From: Camelus dromedarius
Taxonomy: Eukaryota
Reading direction: 5' to 3'
Assembly: GCF_036321535.1 (NCBI RefSeq)
Contig: NC_087441.1
Span: forward strand, 33,418,001-33,482,000
Length of the DNA stretch: 64,000 nucleotides
In this document: positions 11,371 to 24,689 of the stretch, piece after piece
Numbering within the stretch: the stretch's first letter is position 1
How the letters are laid out: every line of letters starts with the position of its first letter
Position numbers and translations under genes: made by a program
Notes under the pieces: generated by a model
Told to the model about the DNA's origin: nothing
What the model saw: only the letters and a program-made list of their open reading frames with translations
The model's database searches: none

Positions 11371-12299
11371 AAAATTTAGGGGTCAGGAAAACTGGCTGAT
11401 AATCAGGGCTGCTCAACTGACAAGTTGCATGACCTGTGTTTTCCTTTCCTTTCATCCAGTTTCCTCATCTCGACGTGAAATCCTAGTGTCCTAGTACTTG
11501 AGGTCCCCTGGGGGATGTTTTGTAGAAGGGATGGTAGTAGTATTTTGACTGGTGGTTTGTTAAACACCTTAAGTATTGTGAAATTTTTAAATTTGAATTC
11601 TGTTAAACATTTAGCTTAATTCATGCGACTTGAAAGCTTTTATATAATTTTACCATTCCCAGGCAGTAAGGAGGCAAATAATATTTTTATTATCTTTGGT
11701 TTGGCATTTAAAGTGCCCTATTTAATAAACATGAGAAGTTTTGTCTCCAAGGAATTTCATGCTGGATATTAAATTTGAAGAATCCTTTCTTTAAAGATGA
11801 TATTAGGATGATAAATGCCTGATTGGAAACTATATACTTGATTATGTATAATTAGAATTCTTACATTATAATCATAGCTGGGCCTTACATAGTGGTTATA
11901 GCTGATTTATTCTATTTTGATCATATGTATTGATCATTCATATTGACCGCCACAATGGAATGTTATGTGATAAAAACAGTACGCGATATTGTCAGAAGCA
12001 AGAAATTCCAGGACTCACAGGTATTCTGGTCTCTACTCTTGAGCACAGACATATTGCTACATGTTAACTTGGGCTGATATATGTGATATGTTGTTTACAG
12101 AAATCTTTTGGGAATGAAATATAGTATATGCTGATTTCTGACTTGGGAAAGTCTTTTCATGAGTAACGTCAGTTAACATAAGCATTGTTACTACAACTAA
12201 TAAATTATGTTTATTAAGGTTTCGTATGTGACATGTCATACATCATACATGGTCTACAAGCATTATTTTATACAAATTCAGAACAATTACATGAAGTAC

Positions 12300-12445
12300 A
12301 AAAACTACCATCTCTATTTTGCAGGTGAGGAAACTTAGGCTTGGTGAGAATACATAAAGTTATTCAAATAAAGTTATATGTCCAAGGTCACAAAGAATTT
12401 TATCTTATGCCGTCTGCCTTCAGTAGGTTATCTTAACCACTACTC
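12300..12445 (-). mobile_element. MIR fragment
   Basis: ctattttgcaggtgaggaaacttaggc is the reverse complement of the MIR core. Boundaries approximate. Confidence 0.65.
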
Positions 12446-14213
12446 CTTACTGCTGTGCCCTTATATTGTAATAGAACACTTTATACAAGGCTATATTACA
12501 ATATTGAGAAGAATGGTAAATAGTTGAAAGGATTTATCATTTTAATTTTTGTTTGAGCTATCAAGTCCTTTTGGGAAGATAGGAAAGGTATGGCAATAAA
12601 TTGAAAACAACTATAATATGGGACAAAAGAAAGAAGAAATATCAAAGGAGAAAGAGATTAAGAAATGTTTCATAAAGGAAGTACAACTTAAGATACAATT
12701 TGAAGGGTCATAGGATTCGAAAGAATGGAATTTGAAAAAAAAAAGAAATTTAGTGTCAAGAGAACTGCATGGGCAATTGGAAAAATACACGTCATATTTG
12801 CAGAAGGCAAGAGTTTTAGTTTGGTTGGAAAAAAATATATCAAGGGCGATATCAGACTACGTGTGCCCTCAATAGATGACAAGCTTCAAGAAGCAGGGGA
12901 CCGTTCTTATTCATCATTACATTTCCCCAGTGTCCCCCAGCAAGACGGTTTTGGGGCAGGGGCCTAATGTAATCAGAGTGGTACCTTAAGAAGATTAATT
13001 TGGCAGTTACATGGAAGATGGGCGGGAGTTCTAAAATAAGAAAGAGACTGGAAAACTGAAAGTAATAAATGCCTGAATTAGGGCAGTGGTTGTATGGATG
13101 TAAAAGAGAGGATGTGTGCTATACTGTTTACAGAAAGGATGCTTTGAATGATGTATAGTATTGGCTGATTTCTGAACTGATAGAGCCTTTTTTTATGCGT
13201 GGTGTTACCCAATGCTTTTAGGGAACTACAAGACAGACACACACAAAATGCAGGCATGACGCATAGATCATTCTCTTTGTAAAGAGAAGCTTAAACGGGG
13301 ATGTATAAGGATTACTTTCATCTCTGTGGAGGAGAAATATGCCCCCAAATCCTATATTTATTATCCTATACACTAACAATACTGAAAGGTAAAATGATTC
13401 AATGGTGGAGGACGACGACGACAAACACATATCTTCAAAGAGAGAAGCTCACATTTCAAAATGAATTGGAATCTTACTTTCTATTTTGCTCTTCGCTTGC
13501 AATTCAGCATATCACGTGATGCTGATATATAGAATTTGTTATCAGTTGTTATCCAAGGGAATTTGCCTAAACACAGATATAAAAATCAGGCTCTGATTGT
13601 ATGTCTGCTGTCTTGAGTGCTAGAGTTAAGGGTCTGGTAAGTTTCAGTGTTAATATTCTGGTTTCATTTTCACTTTTCACTCTAGAACAAGGATAAAGAG
13701 TATTATTGCTCAGTTCTTCACTTTTTAAACACTACACAGAATGAAAGTGATAAGCTGTCATTTATCATCCAAATGAGAACACTTTTGTGAGTAGTAGGGA
13801 GTGCTGGTAATAATGCCACCAGGACAACCCGTGTAAACTGAGACTATACTGGGAAAACCAGAATATATGGTTTATATATCATTACGTATAACTACCTAGC
13901 ATGTTATATCATTTTCAAAATACACAACTTTTGGGTAATTCAAAGAAGTTGTACATTATATTGGAGTTTTAGCTATGTAGTTGATACTTATGTAAGACTA
14001 TAGGTAACTTTAGAGATGGCTTTTCTGGTAAGTTAATTTAAAAAAAGTTATGAATAAAATGTTATCAGAATTAGCTCAGTCAAAACAATATTAACAGAAG
14101 AGAAACTACTGGAAGGATATGAGGGAGCTACACGCCATCTAGCTTGTGCCACAGTCACATTTACTGAGTCAATGTTAGTATCCCAGAAGAGCATCTCCGC
14201 AGTGGGGTACTTA

Positions 14214-14315
<102 letters not shown>

Positions 14316-14906
14316 TTAGTTAGTTAATGTTTCCAAAGAGATAAACATTCACGATCAAGGTCTTATACAAATTACTAATATAAACCTTTTAATAATCTAT
14401 TAAACCAGAAGTAGCTAATTGTGGAGGAAAAAAAGATAGTTCCTTCAAGGCAGTGATGTTTTTAGTCCCCTCAACTGTGAGATTCAAATACTGCTTTACA
14501 AGAATGTATCCACTTGGAAGAAGACATTATGTACTCCTTTGAAGCAACCAAGACCTAATTGGAGTCATAAAATTCACTTGCACCGTAAGGATGCTCTATG
14601 TCTTTTTGGTTAGCGTGAAGATTTTCTGCAACACATGACAATATAAAAAATAACGATCGCTCAAGTGCATGTATCTATCAGCAATTGCGGCACTAGTAAT
14701 AATATCATGTGCTGTGAATGTCAAGTGCAAGATGCTGTGGCGGAGCTCATGTAAATTAACCCAACATGGCTGTCCCTGCCATTATGTGGTTCATGATCTC
14801 AGACAGACAATCAGAAATAAAGATGTGGAGCAAAGTCTAACCAAACATTCAAATGCAATACACACCTAGATATTTAAGATACAATGAGCTATATAACAAG
14901 AGTTAC

Positions 14907-15493
14907 TATAGTAGGTTATCTTATCCAGAATGGCTGCAACAATATCTCCTATTCCGTATCTGCTCATAATGTGACCTTGACACTCATCTTATCCTGTGGT
15001 TTGGGTCTCTGTCCCTTCTTCTCAAACCTGGGTAGAGCTTTGTGGCCACTGTGACCAATAGAGTGTGGTGGAATTGACACTATGTGACTTCCAAAGCTAG
15101 ATCAAAAAAGGTCTTGCACGTCCCTTTACTCTTGTGGGATGCTCTCTTCTGGAACACAGTCACCACGCCCGAACTAGAAGTCCAAACCGGCTGGCGTGGA
15201 GAGATCAACGGAGGGCCTCTGGGTATGATTTTGGCTGACAGGCTAGCTGAGGTCCCAGCTGATAGTCAGCATCAACCTCTGGTCACGTGAGAAAAGCTGC
15301 CTCCAAATGATTCCAGCCCCAAGCCATTGAGTCAACCCAGTGTTGGAGTCTTCCCAGCTGAGGCCCCTGACATCAGGGCTAGGAGACAAGCCAGCATCAC
15401 TGTGCCCTGTCTGAATTCTTAACCCACAGAATCCATGAGCATAATAATGGTTATTTTAAACCACTATGCTTTGGACGTGATAGTAACTGGAAC
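14907..15493 (+). mobile_element. MaLR solo LTR (MLT1G/H-like)
   Basis: Characteristic tgaccaatagagtgtggtggaa...gtgacttccaaagctag and 3' ctgaattcttaacccacagaatccatgag...ttttaaaccact. Confidence 0.75.
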
Positions 15494-15799
15494 GGTAATT
15501 AGTGAGAGTACTGCGCAAAGTTTTGTGTTTGTTTTTTCTTTTCCATTCCTGGATGTGGAGGTTGTATGGTGGGGCTACAAGAGGCAAAACAACCAAAAGC
15601 TGACAAGATAGATGACAGGAAGGAGAAAGAAGGGGAACTATAGACTTTAGGATGCTGGAGGATATCTTTACTTTTTTCTAAAACCGTATTCTATTGGCTT
15701 AGCTTTGACTAGTTTTTGTTCTCTTTTTGGTATCCTAAGTGCTACAGGTAGAAATTGGAGCAACTAACATAAAGTCCATGATGTCTGTTGGGTGGGGAA

Positions 15800-16340
15800 A
15801 TCTTTTTTTTTTTTAATATTTTATTTTTTAGAGCAGTTCCAGGTTGACAGCAAAATTGAGAAGACAGTATTGAGAGGTTTATTTACCCCCATCCTCATCC
15901 CCACATGCGCACAACCTCCCCTACTGTCAACATCCCACACCAGAGAGGTGCATTTGTTACAACTTATGAAACCGACACTGACACATTGTTATCACCCAAA
16001 GACCAGAGTTTGCATTAAGATGCACTTTTGGTATTTTATATTCTATAGGTTTCAACAAATATGTAATGACATTTTTGTATCCACAATTGTATCCACAATT
16101 TTAGTATCACCCAGAATAGTTTCACTGCCCTAAAAATCCTCTGTGTTCTGCCTTTTTATCCTTCCATCTCCCCTGGTCTCTAGCAACCACTGATCTTTTT
16201 ACTGTCTCCATAATTTTGCCTTTATCAGAATGTCATAGAGTTGGACTCCTACATGATCTAGCCTTTTCTGATTGGCCTCTTTAACTTAGCAATATGAATT
16301 TAAGTTGCCTCCAAGTCTTATAATTTAAAATCTCATTTCT
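15800..16340 (-). mobile_element. Old L1 3' end (L1MC1-like)
   Basis: Reverse complement of the L1MC 3'UTR (gagcagtt..agg..cagcaaaattgag...ccaccagag.ggt.catttgttaca); T-tract at the left end. Confidence 0.8.
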
Positions 16341-16341
16341 T

Positions 16342-16724
16342 ATTTATTTATTTATTGAAGTATATTCAGTTACATTGTGTCAATTTCTGGTATACAGCAT
16401 AATGTCCCAGTCATGCATATATATATATACATATATTTGTTTTCATATTCTCTTTCATTAAAGGTTATTTCAAGATACTGAATATAGCTCCCTGTGCTAT
16501 ACAGAAGAAATTTGTATTTTTGTCTATTTTATATATAGTGGTTAACATTTGCAAATCTCAACCCCCCAAATTTATCCCTTTCCAACCCCTTTCCCCCAGT
16601 AACCATGATTGTTTACTATGTCTGCAAGTCTGTTTCTGTTTTGTAGGTGAGTTCATTAATGTCTTCTTTTTTCCTTTTTTTCTTTTTTTTTTTTTTTTTA
16701 GATTCTACATATGAGTGATATCAT
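16342..16724 (-). mobile_element. Younger camelid/artiodactyl L1 3' end nested in the L1MC-like element
   Basis: (TTTA)n tail; aatatagctccctgtgctatacag motif; flanking repeat tcatttctt at 16333-16341 and 16721-16729. Confidence 0.85.
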
Positions 16725-16790
16725 TTCTTTTTATCATAAAAACCCTTTTACCAAGGAAGAATTTGTCTTCTGGTCAAAAGTGGTATAGCA

Positions 16791-17122
16791 CAGCAGTCCC
16801 CTGTTATCTGCAGGGGGTACATTCCAAGACCCTTAGTGGACACTTGAATCATGAATAGTACCAAACCCTATATGTACACATACTATATTTTTTCCCATGC
16901 TTATGGATGGGTAGCAAACACAGCATGAATGTGCTGGACAGAGAGATGATTTATGTCCCTGGAAGGACAAAGCAGAATGGTATGAGATTTCATCGCACTA
17001 CTCAGAATGGCTCACAATTTAAAACTTATGAATTGTTTACTCCATTTAATCTTTCCATACTGCAGTTGACCACAGGTAACTGGAACCCTGGAAAAGGAAA
17101 CTACAGATAAGGAGGGACTATG
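16791..17122. mobile_element. TcMar-Tigger-type MITE
   Basis: Imperfect terminal inverted repeats cagcagtcccctgttatctgc / cagataaggagggactatg; internal gagatttcatcgcactactcagaatgg motif. Confidence 0.7.
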
Positions 17123-17260
17123 GTATAATGAAAAGAACAGTGACCCCGATGCTAGAAGGATCAGGGTTCAAAACTGCTTTGACCACTTGTCAGCTGTGGG
17201 ACCTTAGAAAAATCACGTAACTTCTTATACTTAGTAATACTTATACTATTAGTATGAGGA
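17123..17260 (+). mobile_element. MIR fragment
   Basis: ggttcaaaactgctttgaccacttgtcagctgtgggaccttag resembles the MIR 5' region. Confidence 0.55.
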
Positions 17261-19300
17261 TAAAGTAAGGAGTGTAGAGTCCTGGGTGAGACCAGGTGTG
17301 GAAGAAGAAAATTAAAAGCCCTTGAAAAAAATTCAGTGTTTTCTTTATAATTCTTCTAAGCCATGCAGGGTAGGAGAAAGAAAGACAGAAAGCATTTAAT
17401 TTGGGACTATAGAACTCTACCAAGTATTTTTATCAAAAATGAGTTAAAAAGGAGAAAACTTCTTTCATTTTCTGAATTGCCCACATATGCACATTAGCTA
17501 ATATAAATGATATTGGAAGAGTTGTACAATAATTGAGTGGCAACTATATTTAAAGTTTGCATTTTGAGATATTATTTTCCATGACTGGGGACTCATTGCA
17601 GATAGTGCCTAAATTCCTGTTCATTAGGGTTCACTCTTGTCAACATTGAGACTTAGTTTCCTCAGAGTTATTCACAGCATGAGAGTTTCCTCGTTCTGAG
17701 GTTCCCTTAGTAAGACGGTCCCCACCCTGGTACTAGAGAACTTGAGTGGGTTAGAGCAAGCCAAGTTCAGGGCAGATGCAACTACCATGGTCTCCTCCAC
17801 TCTAAGCGAGATCCAAGTCAAGCTGAGGGTTATTAGCGTTGCTATTGTTGTTTTGAAATATTTCCTTAGCCCGATTCTAGAGATTTGAAATGGATGGCAG
17901 AAAAAGCGAGATGGTAATTATGAGTCAGAAATTGTGGAGCGAACCAAGTGATAACTTGAAGAAGGCAAGACTGAAAGCAATCTTCAGGTCCAACAGACAG
18001 AATCAGGACAAAAATGGGAAACAAAACTTGGGTCCAGAGCAATGTAGACCTTCTGAGACACAAGAAAAGGCCAGAGGGAACTGAGATGTGTCTGAGAATG
18101 TGCTGCTAAATGGAGCTTGAGTTGTCTGGGTCTTGCTCTTATTAGCCACTTGTCTGGTGGGTGGGTTGACTGGTAGATCTGGTTTACAACTACCCCACCA
18201 GGGAAGGTAGGATGAGAGCTTTGGTGGAAGGACTGCTATCATTCTGATCATTCTGATCACTCAGATCAGCTGGGGCCAGGAAGGGGCTGCCACAGCGGGT
18301 GACTCAGAACCAAGACGAGAAAAGAAGAGGATCTGAGTGTAACCAGGATGGATTTTTACCATTTCACTCACGAGGGGGCTTCACATTTCAACCAGAATCA
18401 AAGGGTGTATTTTCTGTAGTGTATTTTATATGCATGCCTGAGTTCACAGCCAAGGAACTTATGTAAGGTCAACTTCCACATATTCTCCTTCTCAGTAACT
18501 GTTTGGATGCTTTCCTAAAGACCTGAAGGAGAGGAATAAGAAGAGCTGGGTCTAACTGACCACTGGAATTAAGAGTATGGTGGTCAGGGTAGGTAGACTT
18601 GATTTTTGGTATTGTTTACAAAATGATGCGTCAACTACATCAGGAACTCTTTGGGGGATGCCATGTGGGTAGAGATCATAAGTAGAAGAAATTATGTTGT
18701 TCTCTATCCAAAAATTGAATGACTGGGTTAGCTTACATTTTTAAAACACCCTTAACACCACTTTGGTCTGTTTTCTGTTTCTTTTATATAATTACATTAA
18801 TTTAGGCTCTAAAGAGGCTACTGAATATTGTGAACCTTTTCTGAGCAGTAGGAGTCATAGAACATCTAACAGGTACTCCTCCAAGTGATTGCGATGAACC
18901 TAGACATTTGGCTCATGGCTTATCTCTGCATCATTTAGAAAAGAAGATCTTTTATTAGTCAGGAATCTCCTTAATTCCTGAAAATGAAAATGAATTCCCT
19001 ACAAATGCAAAATACTTGATTGTCCCTAGAGCGCCTTTAGGTGATATCATTTATCTTTACAGTATTACAGTAAGGTAGGTGGGAATAATTATCCTCACTT
19101 TACAGACAAACACAGATTTACTTGACTAGTTCTGGGGGGCACACAGCAGCTGAGGGTGGAAGTAGAAGCCAGGCGGTCTCTTTTCTTCCTAAGTATACTG
19201 AAAAGTGATTTCTTTTCACTTATGCCCTTCCAGTAAGCTCCTGGAAGTTTATCAAAGGTTTTGCATCACATTTTGGATTATATCTAAAATCTTAAGTCTA

Positions 19301-19437
19301 TTGTTTTCTTTTCTGGGGGATAATTAGGTGTATTAATTTATACATACATATATATATTTTAATGGTGGTACTGGGGATTGAACCTAGGACTTCACGCATG
19401 TTAAGCACGTGCTCTATCACTGAGCCATACACTCCCC
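19301..19437 (-). mobile_element. Camelid-type tRNA-derived SINE
   Basis: Reverse complement ggggagtgtatggctcagtgatagagcacgtgcttaacatgcgtgaagtcctaggttcaatccccagtacc...acctaatta; same family as 11170. Confidence 0.9.
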
Positions 19438-22379
19438 TCTCTTGTTTCCTCTTTATATGATTCATTTAGTGAAAGTTCTGAGCGCTTGCTTTGAGTCTTC
19501 TATTGGTTGTAGATGCCTCTCATGTTTATTCTCCAGTATCTTTCCTCTGTTCTTTCTAGAAAATTTGCTCTTTCATCTTCTTCTCATCTCCAATCTAATG
19601 TTCTAGGAACATTTTGATGTGAACAATAACTGAAGAAAAAAACAGCTGTATTAGATTTTGCCAGTAATAGCTGCTAATGAGATGCCTTGGTTTTCCGTAA
19701 CAGATCTTTCAGATGAGATAAGGTGAACATCCCTCAAGTCTTACTTCATTTCCTTTGTGCCTGATAACTGATGAGGGCACCACATAAACATTCAAACAAT
19801 CCTTTCTTCTGAAATCTATATGCTCAGCCCTCTCTTGCAATACTGCTGATTACAATGATGTTTTTTCAAAGTGAGAGAGGATGTTTTCTTTATAGCCCTC
19901 TGGCATAATGTATAGTTATTTCAATATTTATCAGAAAATGTGAAAGACAGAAGAATTATTGAAGGAGTGAATTAGAATTTCAAGAATGAGAAAGAAAAGG
20001 TGACAATCAGTGTGAGATCAATGGATAAAGAGGTAGAAAAAATAGGACATGCCAAGTATTTTAATTTGACAGAAGGGGAGGAAAAGGCAAGATTCAAAAT
20101 CAACTCAGAAGTGTGTTGTCTAGGAGAATGTTGCTGCCTTTAACAGAACAAAAAGGAGTGACAGGAGGGACTTGGCTGTTGGCTTCATTGGGAAATGCAG
20201 CATGCAAGCTGTCAGTGGCACATACAAATGGCAAAGCCCAGGAAACACTTGGAAAAGGGAAATGTAATTGTAATTGCTGCAAGGTGACTTGGACACTTGC
20301 TGGGATTTTAGAGATGAATTTCTTTTTCTTCACCCAGCTTTATTGTGCTTCATTGAAACCTGTCTCCACCTGACATATTATGAATCTACTTTTTTGTGTG
20401 TGGTTGATTCCATCACTATAATAAAAGCTGCATGGGATTTACTGTTTACTACAGTAGGCCCAGAACCCAGAACAGTGTTTGTCTCATAGAAGACCCTCAA
20501 TACATATTTACTGAACAAACCCTTTAAGCCCATTAAGCTGTAAAAAAAAAGAAAAAAGAAAAAAGAAAAAAATAAGGCAATTGATTGAAGCATGGAAGAT
20601 GCTGGTAAAATTTCTAGGTGAAATTTGACTGAGTGCATTGACCCTCAATAAGGTCTTGAATGAAAGGGAAGACCTTTCACAGAAAATCTAGAACGTCAGT
20701 GATTGCTTGGGTCCTATGAGATAAAAGAAACCTTTTGGACACAAATGGGAAGGAGCCACCACTGTAGTCTCTTTGGTCTAGAGAAGTAGAAGGAAAGAGG
20801 CTGGGACATCCTTTGGCATCAAAATGGCTAGGGGGAGAGAGGCATCCACTGATGAATGCTATCGAGTGTTGCAAATGTCAATCACTGGTAGGAAAAACAT
20901 TGTTTTCTTTCTGGCCAGTTCATAGCATCCTAAACAGAGGTACATGACTGAGTCGATGGTGACAAAATGAAATAAAATTGGTACTTGCTTAATCTTTGCC
21001 TCATTGGAGCGATTTGTCTTTGGTCCTTTGAAGACAACTCAGGAATGTTATCACTTTCTCTGCAATTGTTACTGCACTTTCTCTTTGCCTTAGTTTTCCT
21101 GTCTGCAATATGGGTGTGTTTGTATCTACTGACCTATGGAGGCAAGGGGAGGTCCAATTATTTTAAATGACTAAAGTGCCATATCAGTTTAATAACTATG
21201 ATTTAATAACATTAATAATAGTGGAATTTAGAAATTACCAAGTAAGAGAAAAATGCTTCTGGAATAAATATTCTTCACTCTAATATGTTCCCCTGTGGTG
21301 AGCTTCCCTTCTATTTAAACCTTTTAATCGTGAACACAGAGTTCAGCAAATCAAACTGTTTTTTTTTTTTCAATACATGTTGGCAGTGAGGTATTGTAAT
21401 ATAAAATTGGAACTTGGTTATTAACGACAAAGCCACTAGTCAACATAACTCTCTTTTGGAGGCAGAGCTGGAAAAGACCATGAAGGGGAGTTTAAAAAAG
21501 CAGGTCACAGTAAGCCAAACCTCAATATTTGGAAGAACTCACTGAAAGACATGAAAGAATTTGTGTGGGCCTAGGAAAATAGAGTGTAAATCCATTAGCT
21601 CTGCAGGTGAGCATTTCAAGGGTACTAATCTCCAGCTGCACAAAAGGCATTTAGAGCATAACCAACCATGGGCCAGATTCAAAAGACCCAGCTTTCTCCC
21701 GCGCAGACTGATTTGGTAGCAGCATTGCAGCTTCCATGTGAGCCTGGCGTGTTCAGCCTGGACTAATATCTCTGAGTGGACTCAGAGCCTTTTTCTTTTT
21801 TTCTGATTAGGAAAACACAACCCTTGGTAGGGGTACTTTGTTCTTTGTTGCCTGAAAGGTCACTCAAGTGTGATGCTACAGAGAGCTCCTGGCAGGCGAA
21901 GCACACGTGGAATGGAATGAGACTGATTAGCTAAATCACTGCAGATGCTTCCCGTCCTAACCTTGTTCAGCAAATAACATTTTCTTGGGGTCTTAGGGTC
22001 CTACTTTCCATGCTTCCCTCTTAGTTGTATCAGAGCCAGATCTTCAATCTTCTATACGTGGTTACACATTTTACATATGCTAAAAAACGAAACTGGAAAG
22101 CAATGACCACAATGGTGTAAGAATGAAATATTTCTTTAGTTAGACAACATTTGAGTAACCACTTTAAGCTGTTGGTTTTAAAAACTTAAAAAACTAAAAA
22201 GTGAAGTATCAGTTTCCATTTGAGAAACTGTTTTGTCTTTTTGCTCTTGTCTCTTTCTGCCAATTCTCTGTGAGGCTGGTACCTTAGGTGAAATTTGAAG
22301 AAACACATGCTGGTTTTCTGCTGAGACCGGGGTCTTGCTATTGAATCATGTTCTAGTAATCTGCTGCCGTCGCTGGTAC

Positions 22380-22570
22380 ACCACAGGGAAGCCGCGAAGT
22401 AGTGTCAAGATCCAGGGCTTGGGAGTCAGAAAGCCTGGGCTCAGGAGTGCTTTCTCGTCTTACTAACATCAAACCCACAGGCAGGTCGCAGTTGCTCTGA
22501 GCCTTAATTTCTTCCTCTGTGAAGTGGGGGTAAAAAACAATTCCAACTCCACAGAGTTATACGTGTGTAA
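22380..22570 (+). mobile_element. MIR
   Basis: ttgggagtcagaaagcctgggctc...ctgagccttaatttcttcctctgtgaagtgggg. Confidence 0.65.
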
Positions 22571-22649
22571 TACTTAGATGTGTGTATTTTATGGACTCGC
22601 TGTAGATTTCATCTCTTTTAGCAAGGGATTTATCTAAAGAGAGTGATTC

Positions 22650-23880
22650 GAATTATGCTTTAAAATGCATATTTAGGTTCTTTACTGAGAGAATGAGAAC
22701 TTTTCAGGCCAGGAGAGCAGGTGGAGATAAGGTACAACGAAGGGAACCTGATATTCGAAGGTCCTGGAATTTTGTGTGGAACGACGGAAGCGTGGAAGTC
22801 ATCAGCAGAAGCTGAGGAGAGCGAGGTGGGTTTAAGGAAACCCTTCAGGTGCCCACTCAGTTAACTGTGGCCTGACAAGCAGCAGGAATGGCCTGTGTGA
22901 CATGAGGTAGGAAAAAGGGAAGATCTTTTGTGTTTTTAAAAAACTCCACTGAACTGAGTTTCCATATTTCACATGTTTTTGGAAATCACTTTGTATATTA
23001 TCTGACAGGCTGGGGAGAGGCTCGGCCTGGCCTGGTTTGTGGTCAACGAGGCTTTGGCCCAGAGGCAGGGAAAAGGAACTAGCCGATGGGGTGGGCGAAG
23101 GTGAAGACGCCGAGAGCCCACGGCCGGGCTCAGCAGAGGGGTGAGGCCAACGCTCGGCGGAAGGGTTCTCTGGACAGGAAAAGCTTAACGCGCCTCTCAG
23201 GCTGGGGCAGGGTTTCAAGACGACAAAAGGGTACTTGCCAGCATAGAGAAATGTTGAGGGTCTGAGGGAAAAAGGGAAGGCGTTTATGTTTGATGGCTTT
23301 GGTTTTCTCAGGTTTGGCTCCTGGGCTTAAGGAACCTGGAAGGATTTGGAACAGGCCCTGTGGTGAATACGGCCCACGGTCCGTGGGAGAGAGCGAAAGC
23401 CTCGCTGAGCAGGAGCGGGCCTCCGCTGGGCCTGGGCGCTCTCTCCCGCCGTGTGCGGCAGCCCAGGACTGGGAGAGGACAACTGCACCTGAGCCGTGTC
23501 AGGCAAGGCTGTTGAAACTCCAAGCATGAGGGAGGAGACCGCAAGGAAGGAAACCAAGGGTGCGCGGGAGAGCGTCACTGCCGCTGCGGACCCGGGAGCC
23601 GGATGATGAGTAGAAGGAGAAACGACGTTCCCAGTGGAGGGGAGCTCCTAAACAAAGGCGAAGAGACACGCCTCCAGGAGGCAGGCAGGAGAACACGGAG
23701 GGAGGAAAACGGGCGTTTACAGTCAGGCGGAGAACTTCAGAACCGGCGATTTTAGAGCAGCCTTCTTCCTCCGTAACGAAGGCGACCCAATCAGCCCCCT
23801 TGATGAAGGGAACCAAGCGGCCGGTGGGGTGAGCGGCGGCAGAGCTGAGAAGGTCAAGCAGTGGTAAAGCTGGAGACGGG
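22650..23880 (-). mobile_element. Highly diverged LINE-2 (ORF2 3' part and 3'UTR)
   Basis: Colinear L2 landmarks on the minus strand: cttgaccttctcagc (LLDL..SAA, like the RT motif LDLSAAFD), ccttggtttcc, atgcttggagtttc, cagtcctgggc, agccaaacctgag, aagtgatttccaaaaac, ctcctggcctgaaa. Confidence 0.6.
23000..23880. promoter_or_regulatory. Orphan CpG-island-like region in NKAIN2 intron 5
   Basis: About 50 CpG in ~0.9 kb by hand count and roughly 60% GC, against a CpG-poor background; CCAATCAG box at 23787. Confidence 0.65.
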
Positions 23881-24689
23881 AAATGGTGCATCCAGGTATC
23901 TTTAATACTTTCAACAGATGTGGGGGTGCGTGCAGAATATGATGAAATGACTAAGCAGAAGTGACTTTAAAGGTGCCATGCCATTTGGCTGGATGAGAGT
24001 CACCATAGATTCATCTCTATTTCGTGCTCCCCTGTTAGAACGGCTTTCAATTACAGGTGACATGCCTTTCAGTTGAAATTGGAGAGCACAGTTATTACAA
24101 GCTAAAGGCGAGCTGGTGAGACATGATAGGGCATATCTTCTCTGCTGGCATCCAGGATATATCTAGAGTGCACAGCCCATGGAAATGCGGTGGTTTTAAT
24201 TAGGGTGTGGGCATATCAATGTATATATATTAAGGAAAATAAAAAATCAAGCATGTATGCTAAAATCACCCAATAGAGAACTATTCCTCCCCTTGTAATT
24301 TTTGCTAACATGATCTTCGCATCGTTTTGCAGCCTCCAGAAAGGACTGAACTTAAATGAATCATCTTTATAGAAGGACAATAGCGGTTTGAAGTAAGAGA
24401 ATGTGCAGGGGCTACTCTAACATCTTGACTGATATTTGGGAAAGTTGGAACTAGATTTGCTATATGGGGTTCATTAAAAACACGTAAGATTATTATTGTG
24501 TGGATTACGGTATCCATTTGGTTAATATGGATGGAAAAAGTAGTTGTCTTTAAAAAAGACACTTATTTTTGTTAAATTCTACATCTCCCTCCGATTTAGC
24601 CTTTAGGTTTCAGTGGAAACGTCATTCCTTCAGTGAAGAATCTCCTGGTCTTCTTAACTGGATGAGGCACACCTGGGGTGTGCATTCCC

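Noticed and set aside
13504-13525. Quasi-palindrome tcagcatATCACGTGATgctga containing an E-box
   Set aside because: Short and not far beyond chance in 64 kb; the MAF half-sites are in the wrong orientation for a MARE.
21770-21787. 8-bp inverted repeat ctctgagt-gg-actcagag
   Set aside because: Several such are expected by chance in 64 kb.
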